In this document: positions 37,076 to 47,445 of the stretch, in pieces | Layout of the letters: every line of letters starts with the position of its first letter | Position numbering within the stretch: position 1 is the first letter of the stretch | NCBI GenBank assembly: GCA_963662755.1 | Contig: OY759725.1 | Span: forward strand, 941,781 to 1,005,780 | Direction of reading: 5' to 3' | Source: an uncultured Sulfurimonas sp. | GTDB taxonomy: Bacteria; Campylobacterota; Campylobacteria; Campylobacterales; Sulfurimonadaceae | DNA: 64,000 nucleotides | Program-made: the position numbers and the translations under genes | Notes under the pieces: model-generated | Told to the model about the DNA's origin: nothing | The model's database searches: none | The model's input: the letters and a program-made list of their open reading frames with translations, nothing else

Positions 37076-37933
37076 ATGAAAACAATAGTAGATAAAACTT
37101 TTGCAAATCTAACAAAACTAATAGCTATTTCAACACTTTTGCTTGTTGCATGGATTTTTGTAGTTTTATTTCAGCACTCTTTAGAGTCCATAAAAGCTTT
37201 TGGTTTTGACTTTATTAGTGAGATTGAATGGGCACCAAACTTAGAAAAATTTGGCGCACTTCCTGCTATTTATGGTTCAATTGTATCAACTTTTTTAGCG
37301 ATGCTTTTAGCAGTTCCTGTAGCAATTGGAATTGCTATATTTTTAAGTGAACTAGCTCCTGCAAAGCTTAAGTCTCCTGTTGGTGTTAGTATAGAGTTGC
37401 TTGCTGCTATTCCTTCAGTAATTTACGGTATGTGGGGACTTTTTTATTTTGTTCCTATAGTTCGTGATATTTTTGGAGGGATAGGAATAAGTATGCTAAG
37501 CGCTGGTATTGTGTTAAGTATTATGATTCTTCCATTTATGGCTGCGGTAACTCGTGATTCCATGAATACAACACCAGACATACTAAAAGAGTCTGCTTAT
37601 GCACTTGGTGGTACAAAATGGGATGTTATAAAAGATATTGTTATTCCTTACGCTAAAGCAGGAATCATAGGCTCTTTTATCTTAGCTCTTGGTCGTGCAA
37701 TCGGTGAGACTATGGCTGTTACATTTGTTATGGGTAATGTACATAAAATATCATCTGACCTTACTCAACCTGCTACATCTATACCTGTTACATTGGCAAA
37801 TGAGTTTACAGAAGCAGATACAGGTCTTTACTACTCATCTTTGTTTGAGTTATCACTTTTACTTCTTGTAATTAGTTTTACAATCATCTCAATTGCTAAG
37901 TTCTACTTCCTTAGAAGAAAAAGGATAGCGTAA
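37076..37933 (+). CDS. pstC: Phosphate ABC transporter permease
   Basis: ELLAAIPSVIYGMWG and ALGRAIGETMAV. Confidence 0.95.
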   Translation: MKTIVDKTFANLTKLIAISTLLLVAWIFVVLFQHSLESIKAFGFDFISEIEWAPNLEKFGALPAIYGSIVSTFLAMLLAVPVAIGIAIFLSELAPAKLKSPVGVSIELLAAIPSVIYGMWGLFYFVPIVRDIFGGIGISMLSAGIVLSIMILPFMAAVTRDSMNTTPDILKESAYALGGTKWDVIKDIVIPYAKAGIIGSFILALGRAIGETMAVTFVMGNVHKISSDLTQPATSIPVTLANEFTEADTGLYYSSLFELSLLLLVISFTIISIAKFYFLRRKRIA

Positions 37934-38775
37934 TGACACACACTCAAAAAAGAATTTTAATAAACAAAGCAGTAATGATACTCTCTACAATGTCTGCACT
38001 AATTGGCATAGGATTTTTATTTTGGATACTAAGCATATTAGTTATTAATGGTATAGATGCCCTAAGTATGAACATCTTTACCCAAGAGGGAGCACCTCCT
38101 GGTTATGCTATGAGTGGTTTAAAACATGCTCTTATTGGTCAGCTTATGATTGTTGGAGTTGCAACTATAGTTGGTGTTCCTCTTGGCATCTTAGCTGGAA
38201 CATATCTTAGTGAATATGGACAAAAATCAAAACTTGCAGAGACTATTCGAGATATCTCAGACATTATGATGTCAGCTCCTAGTATTGTTATAGGTGCGTT
38301 TGTCTACGCTATTATTGTTGCTCCTATGGGACATTTTAGTGGCTGGGCAGGTTCAATTGCACTAACAATAATTATGCTTCCAATCATTTTAAGAACTACA
38401 GATGATATGTTACAGCTTGTGCCATCAACACTTCGTGAAGCTGCTTTTGCTCTTGGTGCTCCAAAGTATAAAGTTATTACTCAAGTAGTTTATCGCGGTG
38501 CAAAAGCTGGAATACTTACAGGCATATTACTTGGTGTTGCTCGTGTGGCTGGAGAGACTGCTCCACTACTCTTTACATCATTTAATGACAACTTTTTAAA
38601 TACTGATATGAGTGAACCCATGGCATCTCTTACAGTAACAATGTACAACTATGCTACTTCACCTTATGAAGACTGGCAACAAATAGGTTGGGCAGCAGCA
38701 TTTATTCTTAGTATGTTTATTTTATTACTCAACATATTAGGAAGACTATTTATTATGAAAAAAAGAGGAAGATAA
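37933..38775 (+). CDS. pstA: Phosphate ABC transporter permease
   Basis: [19 protein letters not shown] and [13 protein letters not shown]. Confidence 0.95.
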   Translation: MTHTQKRILINKAVMILSTMSALIGIGFLFWILSILVINGIDALSMNIFTQEGAPPGYAMSGLKHALIGQLMIVGVATIVGVPLGILAGTYLSEYGQKSKLAETIRDISDIMMSAPSIVIGAFVYAIIVAPMGHFSGWAGSIALTIIMLPIILRTTDDMLQLVPSTLREAAFALGAPKYKVITQVVYRGAKAGILTGILLGVARVAGETAPLLFTSFNDNFLNTDMSEPMASLTVTMYNYATSPYEDWQQIGWAAAFILSMFILLLNILGRLFIMKKRGR

Positions 38776-39560
38776 TGGCTACTATTGTAGATATAACCAA
38801 AGAAAAAGCACTCGAAGTTAGAGACTTTGAATTTACTTATGCATCTGCTGATGCTCCGAGTATAAAAAACTTAAATATGCCTGTTGCTAAAAATGCAATC
38901 ACTGCACTCATAGGACCATCAGGTTGTGGTAAAACTACTCTGCTTAGAAGTTTTAACCGTATTCATGACTTATATCCTGGTAACAAATATAATGGTGAAA
39001 TTCTTTTTAAAAATAAAAATATTTTATCAAAACAAGAGGATTTAATAAATCTTAGAATTCAAATAGGTATGATTTTTCAAAAACCTACAGCATTTCCTAT
39101 GAGCATCTATGACAATGTAGCTTATGGTTTAAGACTTCAAGGTATTAAAAACAAAACAGAGCTAGATGCTCGTGTAGAAAAAGCACTTAAAGATGCCGCA
39201 ATATTTAATGAAGTAAAAGATAGATTAAAGCACGATGCCAATGGTCTCTCAGGAGGTCAGCAACAACGTCTTTGTATTGCTCGTGCTATCGCAGTTGAAC
39301 CAGAGGTTTTGCTATTTGATGAGCCTACTTCTGCATTAGACCCAATTTCAACTTCAGGGATTGAAGAGTTGATAGTAGAACTTAAAGAGCGTGTTTCTAT
39401 CATAATAGTCACACATAATATGCAACAAGCTGCACGTGTAAGTGACTATACAGGCTTTATGTATTTAGGTGAGCTTATAGAACTAGGTCGAACAGAAGAA
39501 CTTTTTGTAACACCAAAAGAGAAACTTACAGAAGAGTACATTACAGGTAAGTTTGGCTGA
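38775..39560 (+). CDS. pstB: Phosphate ABC transporter ATPase
   Basis: [39 protein letters not shown] and YITGKFG. Confidence 0.97.
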   Translation: MATIVDITKEKALEVRDFEFTYASADAPSIKNLNMPVAKNAITALIGPSGCGKTTLLRSFNRIHDLYPGNKYNGEILFKNKNILSKQEDLINLRIQIGMIFQKPTAFPMSIYDNVAYGLRLQGIKNKTELDARVEKALKDAAIFNEVKDRLKHDANGLSGGQQQRLCIARAIAVEPEVLLFDEPTSALDPISTSGIEELIVELKERVSIIIVTHNMQQAARVSDYTGFMYLGELIELGRTEELFVTPKEKLTEEYITGKFG

Positions 39561-39600
39561 TACAAAATTGCGTTTATAAAATAAAATTAAAGGACATAAG

Positions 39601-40272
39601 GTGTCAACAAAATACAATAACAAAATACAGGACTTAAGAGAGATGATGGCTACTTTGTTAACAAGCATTGTAGATGCAAATACTATATCTTTGGATGCTT
39701 ACAAAAGTAGTGATGATGAAAAGTATAAAGAAGTACAAAACAAACTTAGCAATATAGCTCTTCAGGGCGATATAATCGACAATGAGATTATAAAAACTTT
39801 TGCACTTTTTGGTCCTGAAGCAACAGAACTTCGCTCTTTAGTCGCTTACTTAAAAATGACAAATGAAATAGTTCGCATCGGTGAGGGCATAAAAAAATAT
39901 ACAAGTCGCATGAGAGAGCACTCATCAAGCATGTGCAACTTAGAACCTCTAAACGCAACTATAATTCAACTGCACAAAAGCACAGTAACTGCACTTGAGT
40001 ATATTTTAGAGTGTTTTAAACAACTTGATGATTGTAATATTGAAGATATTTTTACTAAAGTAATGGTTGAAGAGAGTAAAAATGATGATTTATTTTCTAT
40101 TTTAGAAAAAGAGATTTTAACAATAATCATAGATGCAAAAGAGCTCTCTAGTGAGTATGTGAAAGTTTTAGGAACCCTTCGCAAACTTGAGCGTTCTTGC
40201 GATAGAAGCGTAAATATTGCAAACTTAATGATGTTTGCATCTCAAGGCGGAGAGATTCGCCAATATAGCTAA
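39601..40272 (+). CDS. phoU: PhoU family phosphate signalling protein
   Basis: GTG start; LRSLVAYLKMTNEIVRIGE and LERSCDRSVNIA repeats; follows pstB. Confidence 0.88.
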   Translation: MSTKYNNKIQDLREMMATLLTSIVDANTISLDAYKSSDDEKYKEVQNKLSNIALQGDIIDNEIIKTFALFGPEATELRSLVAYLKMTNEIVRIGEGIKKYTSRMREHSSSMCNLEPLNATIIQLHKSTVTALEYILECFKQLDDCNIEDIFTKVMVEESKNDDLFSILEKEILTIIIDAKELSSEYVKVLGTLRKLERSCDRSVNIANLMMFASQGGEIRQYS

Positions 40273-40281
40273 ATAAGCAAA

Positions 40282-40311
40282 AACTAAAGAGCTTTATACT
40301 TCTCTTTAGTT
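40282..40311. terminator. Hairpin between convergent phoU and the nucleotidyltransferase-like gene
   Basis: aactaaagag/ctctttagtt, 10-bp inverted repeat. Confidence 0.6.
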
Positions 40312-41049
40312 ACTAGCAATATCTTTTTGTTCATCAATATAGTCTGCAATAGCTTCTTTAATATTACTAAGTTTATTTGGATTACCCTGTAAATTTTTAA
40401 AATGCACAGATATATCTTTATCTTTTTCCACTTTAAGTTCAGCAATACTTGAACATACTTGAAGAAAAACTTCATAAGGGACATCATCTCCTCGTTTTAA
40501 AAAGTAAATAGCCCGTTGCAGGGATACAAAAGGATTTACACTAACTCTTGTAAGATGATTGATTCTAGTATTTATATAGTTTATAAACTCCATTCTAATA
40601 TCACACTTTAAAATAGTGAAGAGTCTCTTTTTGATATTGTAGTTACACTCAAATGCTATTTTTGTTGAGTCAAAATCAAACCCATCCACAAGTTCTTTTA
40701 AACTTGCACCCTCAAATCTTTCTCTATATACAAGTTGATAAATATCATTTTTATATTTATATGTATAAGAGTTATTCTCATACTCAAAAAAATCTTGATT
40801 CATTGCCTTGTTTAGAAGTTCTCTATCACTACTAGATGGAAAAAACATATCTAAATCTCTAAATGAATCAGCCTTTAAGCAAGACCCTGCAAGAAAAAAT
40901 CTAATATCTCTTTTTTTTATATTTGTAACTATTAGTCTTTGAAAAAACTCATTTAATTTGATGGCAATACTATCCAATCTATAATCCAAAAGAGAAGCTT
41001 GTTCATAAGAAATTTCTTCTTCATAATCTTTCCAAAAGTCATAAACCAT
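40306..41049 (-). CDS. Hypothetical protein with a nucleotidyltransferase (Pol-beta superfamily)-like head
   Basis: FFLAGSCL..DSFRDLDMFF (hGS..DhD) and VDGFDFDSTKIAF. Confidence 0.55.
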   Translation of the reverse strand: MVYDFWKDYEEEISYEQASLLDYRLDSIAIKLNEFFQRLIVTNIKKRDIRFFLAGSCLKADSFRDLDMFFPSSSDRELLNKAMNQDFFEYENNSYTYKYKNDIYQLVYRERFEGASLKELVDGFDFDSTKIAFECNYNIKKRLFTILKCDIRMEFINYINTRINHLTRVSVNPFVSLQRAIYFLKRGDDVPYEVFLQVCSSIAELKVEKDKDISVHFKNLQGNPNKLSNIKEAIADYIDEQKDIASN

Positions 41050-41227
41050 ACACTCTCCAAAAACTTTAAATTTATTAAATTATATCTTAAGATTTAACAA
41101 TAATATTTAAAAATTTTAACTAAGCAAAGGAAATTTTAGCAATTGATTAATATTTAAGCACCTTTATAACCATCCATAGATTTAAATTTAGATATACTTG
41201 TAACAAATTAAATTCAGGAGAAAATGA

Positions 41228-42658
41228 ATGGGAAAATTTGTTAATAATACAGAAGAATTTTTTACTTTTTGTAAAGAGAATGATGTTGGATTTGTAGATT
41301 TTAGATTTACTGACATTAAAGGTGCATGGCATCATATTAGTTATAGAATGAGTGCTGTTACTACTAGTCAATTAGAGAATGGTTTACCATTTGATGGTTC
41401 TTCTATTGAAGCATGGCAACCAATTAACAAGTCTGATATGTTATTAAAAGTAGATATAGAGACTGCTTTTTTAGATCCATTTACTGCTGATCCTACCGTT
41501 ATAGTATTTTGTGATGTTTATGATATCTATAAAAAACAAGCATACGAAAGATGTCCTCGTTCAATTGCTAAAGCTACTCTTAAACATGCAGAAGAATTGG
41601 GTATAGCTGATACTGCATACTTCGGTCCTGAAAATGAATTTTTTATGTTCGACAGCGTAACATTTGTTGATAATATCAATGAAGCTGGTTACAAAGTTGA
41701 TACTGAAGAGGGTGAATGGAATTCAAACAATCCTTACCCAGATATGTACAACACAGGTCACAGACCAGGAACAAAGGGTGGTTACTTCCCAGTAGCACCA
41801 ACAGATTCTGCTGTAGATATTCGTGCTGAGATGATGCAAGTTTTAGAGCAAGTTGGTCTTGAAGTTGTTCTTGGTCACCACGAAGTTGCTCAAGCTCAAC
41901 ATGAAATCGGTATAGTTTTCTCTGATATCATCGGTGCAGCTGACAATGTTCAAAAATACAAATATGTTATCAAAATGGTAGCACACCTAAATGGTAAAAC
42001 TGCTACATTTATGCCAAAACCAATGTTTGGTGACAATGGTAATGGTATGCACGTTCACCAATCACTATGGAAAGATGGTAAAAATCTTTTCTATAAAGAA
42101 GGCGCTTATGCTAACCTTTCAGAAATGGCACTTAACTATACAGCTGGTATATTTAAACATGCTCGTGCAGTTGCTGCGTTTACTAACCCAACAACAAACT
42201 CATACAAAAGACTATTACCAGGATTTGAAGCTCCAAGTATCTTAACTTACTCTTCTCAAAACCGTTCAGCAGCTTGTCGTATTCCTTATGGTGCTGGGGA
42301 AATGGCTACTCGTGTTGAGATGAGATTCCCAGATAGTTCTGCTTGTCCTTACCTTGCATTTGCTGTAATGATGATGGCTGGTCTTGATGGTATACAAAAC
42401 AAAGACATTCCTATTGGTCCAATGGATGAGGATTTATACGAATTATCACTAGATGAGATTCGTGAGAAAAAAATCCCTCAAATGCCTCATACACTTCGTG
42501 GTTCATTAGAAGCACTTATTCGTGATAATGATTTCTTAAAACCTGTGTTTACTACAGAATTTATTAAAGCATATCAACACTACAGATTTGAGCGTGATGT
42601 ATGGCCAGATGAAGGTCGTCCAACTGCTTATGAGTTTAAAACTACTTACCAATGCTAG
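41228..42658 (+). CDS. glnA: Glutamine synthetase type I
   Basis: [36 protein letters not shown] and RVEMRFPD. Confidence 0.98.
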   Translation: MGKFVNNTEEFFTFCKENDVGFVDFRFTDIKGAWHHISYRMSAVTTSQLENGLPFDGSSIEAWQPINKSDMLLKVDIETAFLDPFTADPTVIVFCDVYDIYKKQAYERCPRSIAKATLKHAEELGIADTAYFGPENEFFMFDSVTFVDNINEAGYKVDTEEGEWNSNNPYPDMYNTGHRPGTKGGYFPVAPTDSAVDIRAEMMQVLEQVGLEVVLGHHEVAQAQHEIGIVFSDIIGAADNVQKYKYVIKMVAHLNGKTATFMPKPMFGDNGNGMHVHQSLWKDGKNLFYKEGAYANLSEMALNYTAGIFKHARAVAAFTNPTTNSYKRLLPGFEAPSILTYSSQNRSAACRIPYGAGEMATRVEMRFPDSSACPYLAFAVMMMAGLDGIQNKDIPIGPMDEDLYELSLDEIREKKIPQMPHTLRGSLEALIRDNDFLKPVFTTEFIKAYQHYRFERDVWPDEGRPTAYEFKTTYQC

Positions 42659-42663
42659 TCACA

Positions 42664-42690
42664 ATGTTCTCGCTTTTTTTGCGAGAACAT
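42664..42690 (+). terminator. glnA terminator hairpin
   Basis: atgttctcgc-ttttttt-gcgagaacat. Confidence 0.75.
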
Positions 42691-42736
42691 CTTCATTTTT
42701 GCTATAATAAATAAAAATTATTTTTATCGGTAAAAT

Positions 42737-43651
42737 ATGTCAAACAGAATCACTCAAATATTACTTCAAGAAATTGTAAATTTATCCAAAAAATCAGATG
42801 AAAAATTAGCAAAAAAAATTCAAACTGTTTTAGATTTTTATGTAAGTGAACAAATAGAAAATCAAAAAACCATAAAACAAAATGAGTATTTTTTAAAACA
42901 ATGGGATAAAAGAAATATAATAGCTCACGAAAGATCTTTACAAAAAGATGAGATGCTAGAACAGCAATCTAGACTTGCAGCAATGGGTGAAATGATAGAT
43001 TCAATAGCTCACCAATGGAAACAGCCATTAAATTCCATTAGTATGATTAGCGATATGCTCAGAGAAGACTTTGAAAATGGAACTGTAAACTCACAATACA
43101 TCCAAGAACTAGATACTACTGTACATTTACAGATAGATCATATGGTAAGCACTCTGCATGAATTTCGTACTTTTTTTAGACCATCTACAAAAAATGAAGA
43201 ATTTACTATTATAGATGCTATGCATAGTGTTGAAATTTTGATGAAAGATGAGCTTATCTCTCAAAATATTCTTTTGAATATAGAAATAGATGAACACATA
43301 AAACTCTTTGGTAATAAAAATGAGTTTAAACACCTCTTTATAAATCTTATAAACAACTCCATAGATGCATATAATGATAAAAATATAAATCATAGAAACA
43401 TAAATATAAGATGTTACAAAGAAGATATAAATATTTATATAGAAGTTGAAGATGATGCTGGTGGTATAAAAAGTGAAGTTATCAAAGATATCTTTAAAGC
43501 AAATATTACCACAAAAGCCGAAGGTAAAGGTACTGGTATAGGTCTCTATATGAGTGAGCAACTTGTACGAAAAAACCATGGAACTATAAATGTTCACAAC
43601 ACAAAAAATGGTGCATTATTTACAATAACCTTACGACAAACCACTATATAA
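42737..43651 (+). CDS. Cytoplasmic sensor histidine kinase lacking an obvious input domain
   Basis: DSIAHQWKQPL, NNSIDA, DDAGG and GTGIGL; no TM segment. Confidence 0.88.
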   Translation: MSNRITQILLQEIVNLSKKSDEKLAKKIQTVLDFYVSEQIENQKTIKQNEYFLKQWDKRNIIAHERSLQKDEMLEQQSRLAAMGEMIDSIAHQWKQPLNSISMISDMLREDFENGTVNSQYIQELDTTVHLQIDHMVSTLHEFRTFFRPSTKNEEFTIIDAMHSVEILMKDELISQNILLNIEIDEHIKLFGNKNEFKHLFINLINNSIDAYNDKNINHRNINIRCYKEDINIYIEVEDDAGGIKSEVIKDIFKANITTKAEGKGTGIGLYMSEQLVRKNHGTINVHNTKNGALFTITLRQTTI

Positions 43652-43751
43652 AACTTTCCTTTATAATCCTAATCCTAATTTTGATATAATTCCAAAATTA
43701 ATAACTATATGTAAGAGTGTGTTATTAAAATTTTCAAGTTAAGGATTCAAA

Positions 43752-45410
43752 ATGAATCAAGTAAGAATGGGCAAATATCGCCCTTATCCACAAATAGATT
43801 TGCCAAATAGACAGTGGCCAACAAAAACAATAACAAAAGCTCCTAAGTGGTGTAGTGTAGATTTACGTGATGGTAACCAAGCACTTATTAACCCTATGGA
43901 TATGAACAAAAAACTTGAACTTTTTACACTCTTACTAAAACTTGGTTTCAAAGAAATTGAAGTTGGTTTTCCATCTGCATCTAAGGTTGAGTTTGACTTT
44001 TTACGTCGTTTAGTTGATGATAAACTAATTCCTGATGATGTAACTATTCAAGTCTTAGTTCAAGCTAGAGAACACTTAATAAAAAGAAGTTTTGAAGCAC
44101 TAAAAGGTGTAAAAAAAGCAACCGTGCATCTATACAATTCTACTTCTACTGCTCAAAGAAAAATAGTTTTCAAAAAGAGCAAAGAAGAGATTATAGCATT
44201 AGCATTAGAAGGTGTGGACTTAGTTAAAAAGTATGAAAAAAAACATGATGGTCAGATTTTTTTAGAGTATTCTCCTGAGAGTTTTACGGGCACTGAACTA
44301 GAGTTTGCATGCGAAATTTCAAATGCTGTAACCGCTAGATGGGGAATCTCTGATAGTAGAAAAGTTATCATAAATCTTCCTGCAACCGTAGAGATGTCAA
44401 CGCCAAATGTTTACGCTGATCAAATAGAATGGATGTCAACTCACTTAGACAATCGTGAAAATGTCATCATATCAACTCATACTCATAACGATAGAGGGAC
44501 TTCTGTAGCTGCTACTGAGTTAGCACTTTTAGCAGGAGCTGATAGAGTTGAGGGAACACTTTTAAGCAATGGAGAGAGAACCGGTAATGTTGATATTATA
44601 ACTCTTGCTTTAAATATGTTAACTCAAGGTATAAATCCAAATTTAGATTTTTCAAACATAACTGAGGTTCTAGATGTTGTTGAGAGATGTACAGAGATGT
44701 CAACACATGCTCGCCATCCTTATGTAGGAGAATTAGTTTATACAGCATTTTCAGGCTCACACCAAGATGCTATAAATAAAGGTCTTGCTTATCAAAAAAG
44801 TAGTGAAGATAGCTTTTGGGAAGTACCTTATTTACCAATAGACCCACAAGATGTTGGTAGAACATATGAGAGTATTATCCGTATAAATTCACAATCTGGA
44901 AAAGGTGGAGTAGCTTTTATATTAGAGAAAAATTTTGGTTATCAACTTCCAAAAGCGATGCATCCTGAGATTGGAAAGATAGTCCAAGCTGTAACTGATG
45001 AAAAAGGTAGAGAATTAAGTGCTGATGAAATTTTAAAGATATTTAAAAAGACTTATTTCAAAACTCCAGAGCATCTAACTTTTATAGATTTTACAGTTGA
45101 ATCAGTTAAAAAAATATCTACTTGCACTTTAACTTACAACTATAAAGGCAAAGAGATAGTATCTTCAGGACAAGGAAACGGTCCTATAGATGCTTGTAAA
45201 CATGCTTTAATGAAAAACTATAAAAATAAGTTTACTATAAACTCTTACTCTGAACACTCTTGTGGCGACAAAAGCTCAGCAAAAGCTGTAGCTTATATAG
45301 AAATTCAGACTAAAGATACACTATCTTGCTATGGTGTTGGAGTTGATAACGACATAGCTACCGCATCTATAAAAGCAATGTTTTGTGCACTAAATAGAGC
45401 ATTTAATTAA
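43752..45410 (+). CDS. leuA: 2-isopropylmalate synthase (LeuA type 2, yeast/actinobacterial-like)
   Basis: SVDLRDGNQAL, YSPESF, HTHNDRG, GERTGNVD, FSGSHQDAI and NSQSGKGG. Confidence 0.95.
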   Translation: MNQVRMGKYRPYPQIDLPNRQWPTKTITKAPKWCSVDLRDGNQALINPMDMNKKLELFTLLLKLGFKEIEVGFPSASKVEFDFLRRLVDDKLIPDDVTIQVLVQAREHLIKRSFEALKGVKKATVHLYNSTSTAQRKIVFKKSKEEIIALALEGVDLVKKYEKKHDGQIFLEYSPESFTGTELEFACEISNAVTARWGISDSRKVIINLPATVEMSTPNVYADQIEWMSTHLDNRENVIISTHTHNDRGTSVAATELALLAGADRVEGTLLSNGERTGNVDIITLALNMLTQGINPNLDFSNITEVLDVVERCTEMSTHARHPYVGELVYTAFSGSHQDAINKGLAYQKSSEDSFWEVPYLPIDPQDVGRTYESIIRINSQSGKGGVAFILEKNFGYQLPKAMHPEIGKIVQAVTDEKGRELSADEILKIFKKTYFKTPEHLTFIDFTVESVKKISTCTLTYNYKGKEIVSSGQGNGPIDACKHALMKNYKNKFTINSYSEHSCGDKSSAKAVAYIEIQTKDTLSCYGVGVDNDIATASIKAMFCALNRAFN

Positions 45411-45420
45411 ATCAAAAACT

Positions 45421-45450
45421 AAAACACATACTTAAAATAGTATGTGTTTT
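45421..45450. terminator. Bidirectional terminator hairpin
   Basis: aaaacacatact-taaaat-agtatgtgtttt, perfect 12-bp stem between convergent genes. Confidence 0.75.
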
Positions 45451-45670
45451 AATCTAATTTATTTAAAAACCCATTCAAAACATCTAGCTGTTTTTTAAGT
45501 GCTGATTTTTCATCGGCATCTTTTGTTTTTTTAATCTTTTTTTTCGTAGAAACTATTTTTTTCTCTAAAGAATCTTTTAGTTTTTTCATCTTTTTTTCTT
45601 TTTTTTCTTCTTCACTTTGAATTAACACAAAAAACTTTTCTGCTTTTTTAAGCAACTTATCTATATTCAT
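45449..45670 (-). CDS. Small Lys-rich hypothetical protein
   Basis: ATG overlaps the stop of the Na/Pi gene; very Lys-rich coiled coil. Confidence 0.6.
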   Translation of the reverse strand: MNIDKLLKKAEKFFVLIQSEEEKKEKKMKKLKDSLEKKIVSTKKKIKKTKDADEKSALKKQLDVLNGFLNKLD

Positions 45671-47421
45671 GAACTCTCCCTTAAATCTTGTATATCACTA
45701 TCTTTTATCCATAAAGTTGAAGCTGTTGTAATTAGTTTTTTTGATATTTCATACGCAAAAGCACTATCATTAATCAAAGATGTAGCCATTTTTGTTTTAA
45801 TTTGATTTGTTCTAATTAAATTATCTATATTTCCATTTTCAATGACATCTATTTTTTCAATTTCTTTTCTTAAGAGTTCCATATTTGAGAGTATGTCAAG
45901 GTCATCTTCCATATTTCGTATAGTATTTAAAGTATCTATACTCTCAGCTATTTCAGTTCTTATATTATTGTACTCATTTTTCATAATTTCATTATTTGAG
46001 TATAGATATATTTTTATATTTTTTTGTATTTCTCTAACGAGTTTTATGGACTCTACTATGTCTCTGCACGAAACTTTTAGTTCATAAACTTTACTCTTTT
46101 GTATTTCATTCATATTTTCTTGGGCAATGGTTGCATAGTAAAGAATTTGACCATAAATTTCTTTTATATTTGTATCATAAAAGGTGTTTATATCAGTATT
46201 CATTTTTTCATCTGAGTGTTTAATAACATTGGATAAATCTTTACAACCAAAATACTGATGTCTATGAAGAGAGAGTGCATGAGATATCACTTCAACTGCA
46301 TTGTCATAAAGATGTTCAACCTCTTTTCGTATGGCTAGTAAAGCAGCCTCAGGAACATTTACAACAACATTATCAAGATATTTTGGTTTATCAACATTCT
46401 CTTCTACTACAAAAATGGACTCTAAAAATTTCACAAGATATGATGTAAATGGAGCTACAATCAAAATACCTAAAATATTAAATATAGTATGAAAAAGTGC
46501 TAATTGCATGGCATAGTCTTTTGCATCTATGCCTATCAAAGCAGATAAATATGTTACAAAATTTGCAAGTTGATACAAAAAAACAATAGCCACCAAGGCA
46601 GTAACGACATTAAATATCAAGTGTGCAACTGCAAGTCTTTTTCCATTTGCGTTTGAGTTTAAAGAACCTAAAATAGCAGTAATAGTAGTACCAATATTTG
46701 CACCAATAGCAAGTTGAAGAGCATTAAAATACTCAATCTGTCCAATTGCAAGAGCAGTAATAACAAGAGCCATTGTTGCAGCACTCGATTGTATAAGAAT
46801 AGTTACTATCGCACCTATTAAAACATAAACAAGCACACCTAAATAGCCTTCCATTGCATAAGATGCCAAGTCAATGCCATTACTCAAAACATCAAAGCCA
46901 TCTTTCATATAAGCAATGCCCAAAAAGACAAATCCAAGACCAATCAAAACAGTACCAAAGCCTTGATATGATTTAGAATCTCTAAATCTAAAAACGACAC
47001 CAAAAATAATCATAGGCATTGCAAACTGAGCAATTTTTATCTTAACACCAAAAGATGAAACAATCCAAGCAGTAGTCGTACTTCCTATATTTGAGCCAAA
47101 GATAATTCCTATTGCTCCACTCAAAGAAATAAGTTCAGCACTCAAAAAAGATATAACTATAATAGTAAGCAAAGATGAACTTTGAACAATTGCAGTAGCT
47201 ATGAAACCCGCACCTATCGCTTTAGGTACGTTAGAAGTGGCTTTTTTTAAAACACTCTCCATTAAACCACCACTGAAGATTTTAAAACCATCTTCCATAA
47301 AAACCATACCAATTAAAAATATAGTTATACCAGCAATAATTGTTTGTGCATCTTCACTTTTAAAAATCACAAAGCCTAATAAAAGCAAAAAAAGTGGAAA
47401 TAAATACCTCTTAAAATTCAT
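45667..47421 (-). CDS. Na/Pi cotransporter family protein
   Basis: VQSSSLLT..FGSNIGSTTT and IQSSAAT..GANIGTT repeats; soluble C-terminal domain. Confidence 0.9.
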   Translation of the reverse strand: MNFKRYLFPLFLLLLGFVIFKSEDAQTIIAGITIFLIGMVFMEDGFKIFSGGLMESVLKKATSNVPKAIGAGFIATAIVQSSSLLTIIVISFLSAELISLSGAIGIIFGSNIGSTTTAWIVSSFGVKIKIAQFAMPMIIFGVVFRFRDSKSYQGFGTVLIGLGFVFLGIAYMKDGFDVLSNGIDLASYAMEGYLGVLVYVLIGAIVTILIQSSAATMALVITALAIGQIEYFNALQLAIGANIGTTITAILGSLNSNANGKRLAVAHLIFNVVTALVAIVFLYQLANFVTYLSALIGIDAKDYAMQLALFHTIFNILGILIVAPFTSYLVKFLESIFVVEENVDKPKYLDNVVVNVPEAALLAIRKEVEHLYDNAVEVISHALSLHRHQYFGCKDLSNVIKHSDEKMNTDINTFYDTNIKEIYGQILYYATIAQENMNEIQKSKVYELKVSCRDIVESIKLVREIQKNIKIYLYSNNEIMKNEYNNIRTEIAESIDTLNTIRNMEDDLDILSNMELLRKEIEKIDVIENGNIDNLIRTNQIKTKMATSLINDSAFAYEISKKLITTASTLWIKDSDIQDLRESS

Positions 47422-47445
47422 ACATTAACCTAGTTTTTTACCTTA

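Noticed and set aside
43652-43751. Possible Leu-rich attenuator before leuA
   Set aside because: The only ATG is followed immediately by a stop; no Leu-codon run or terminator.
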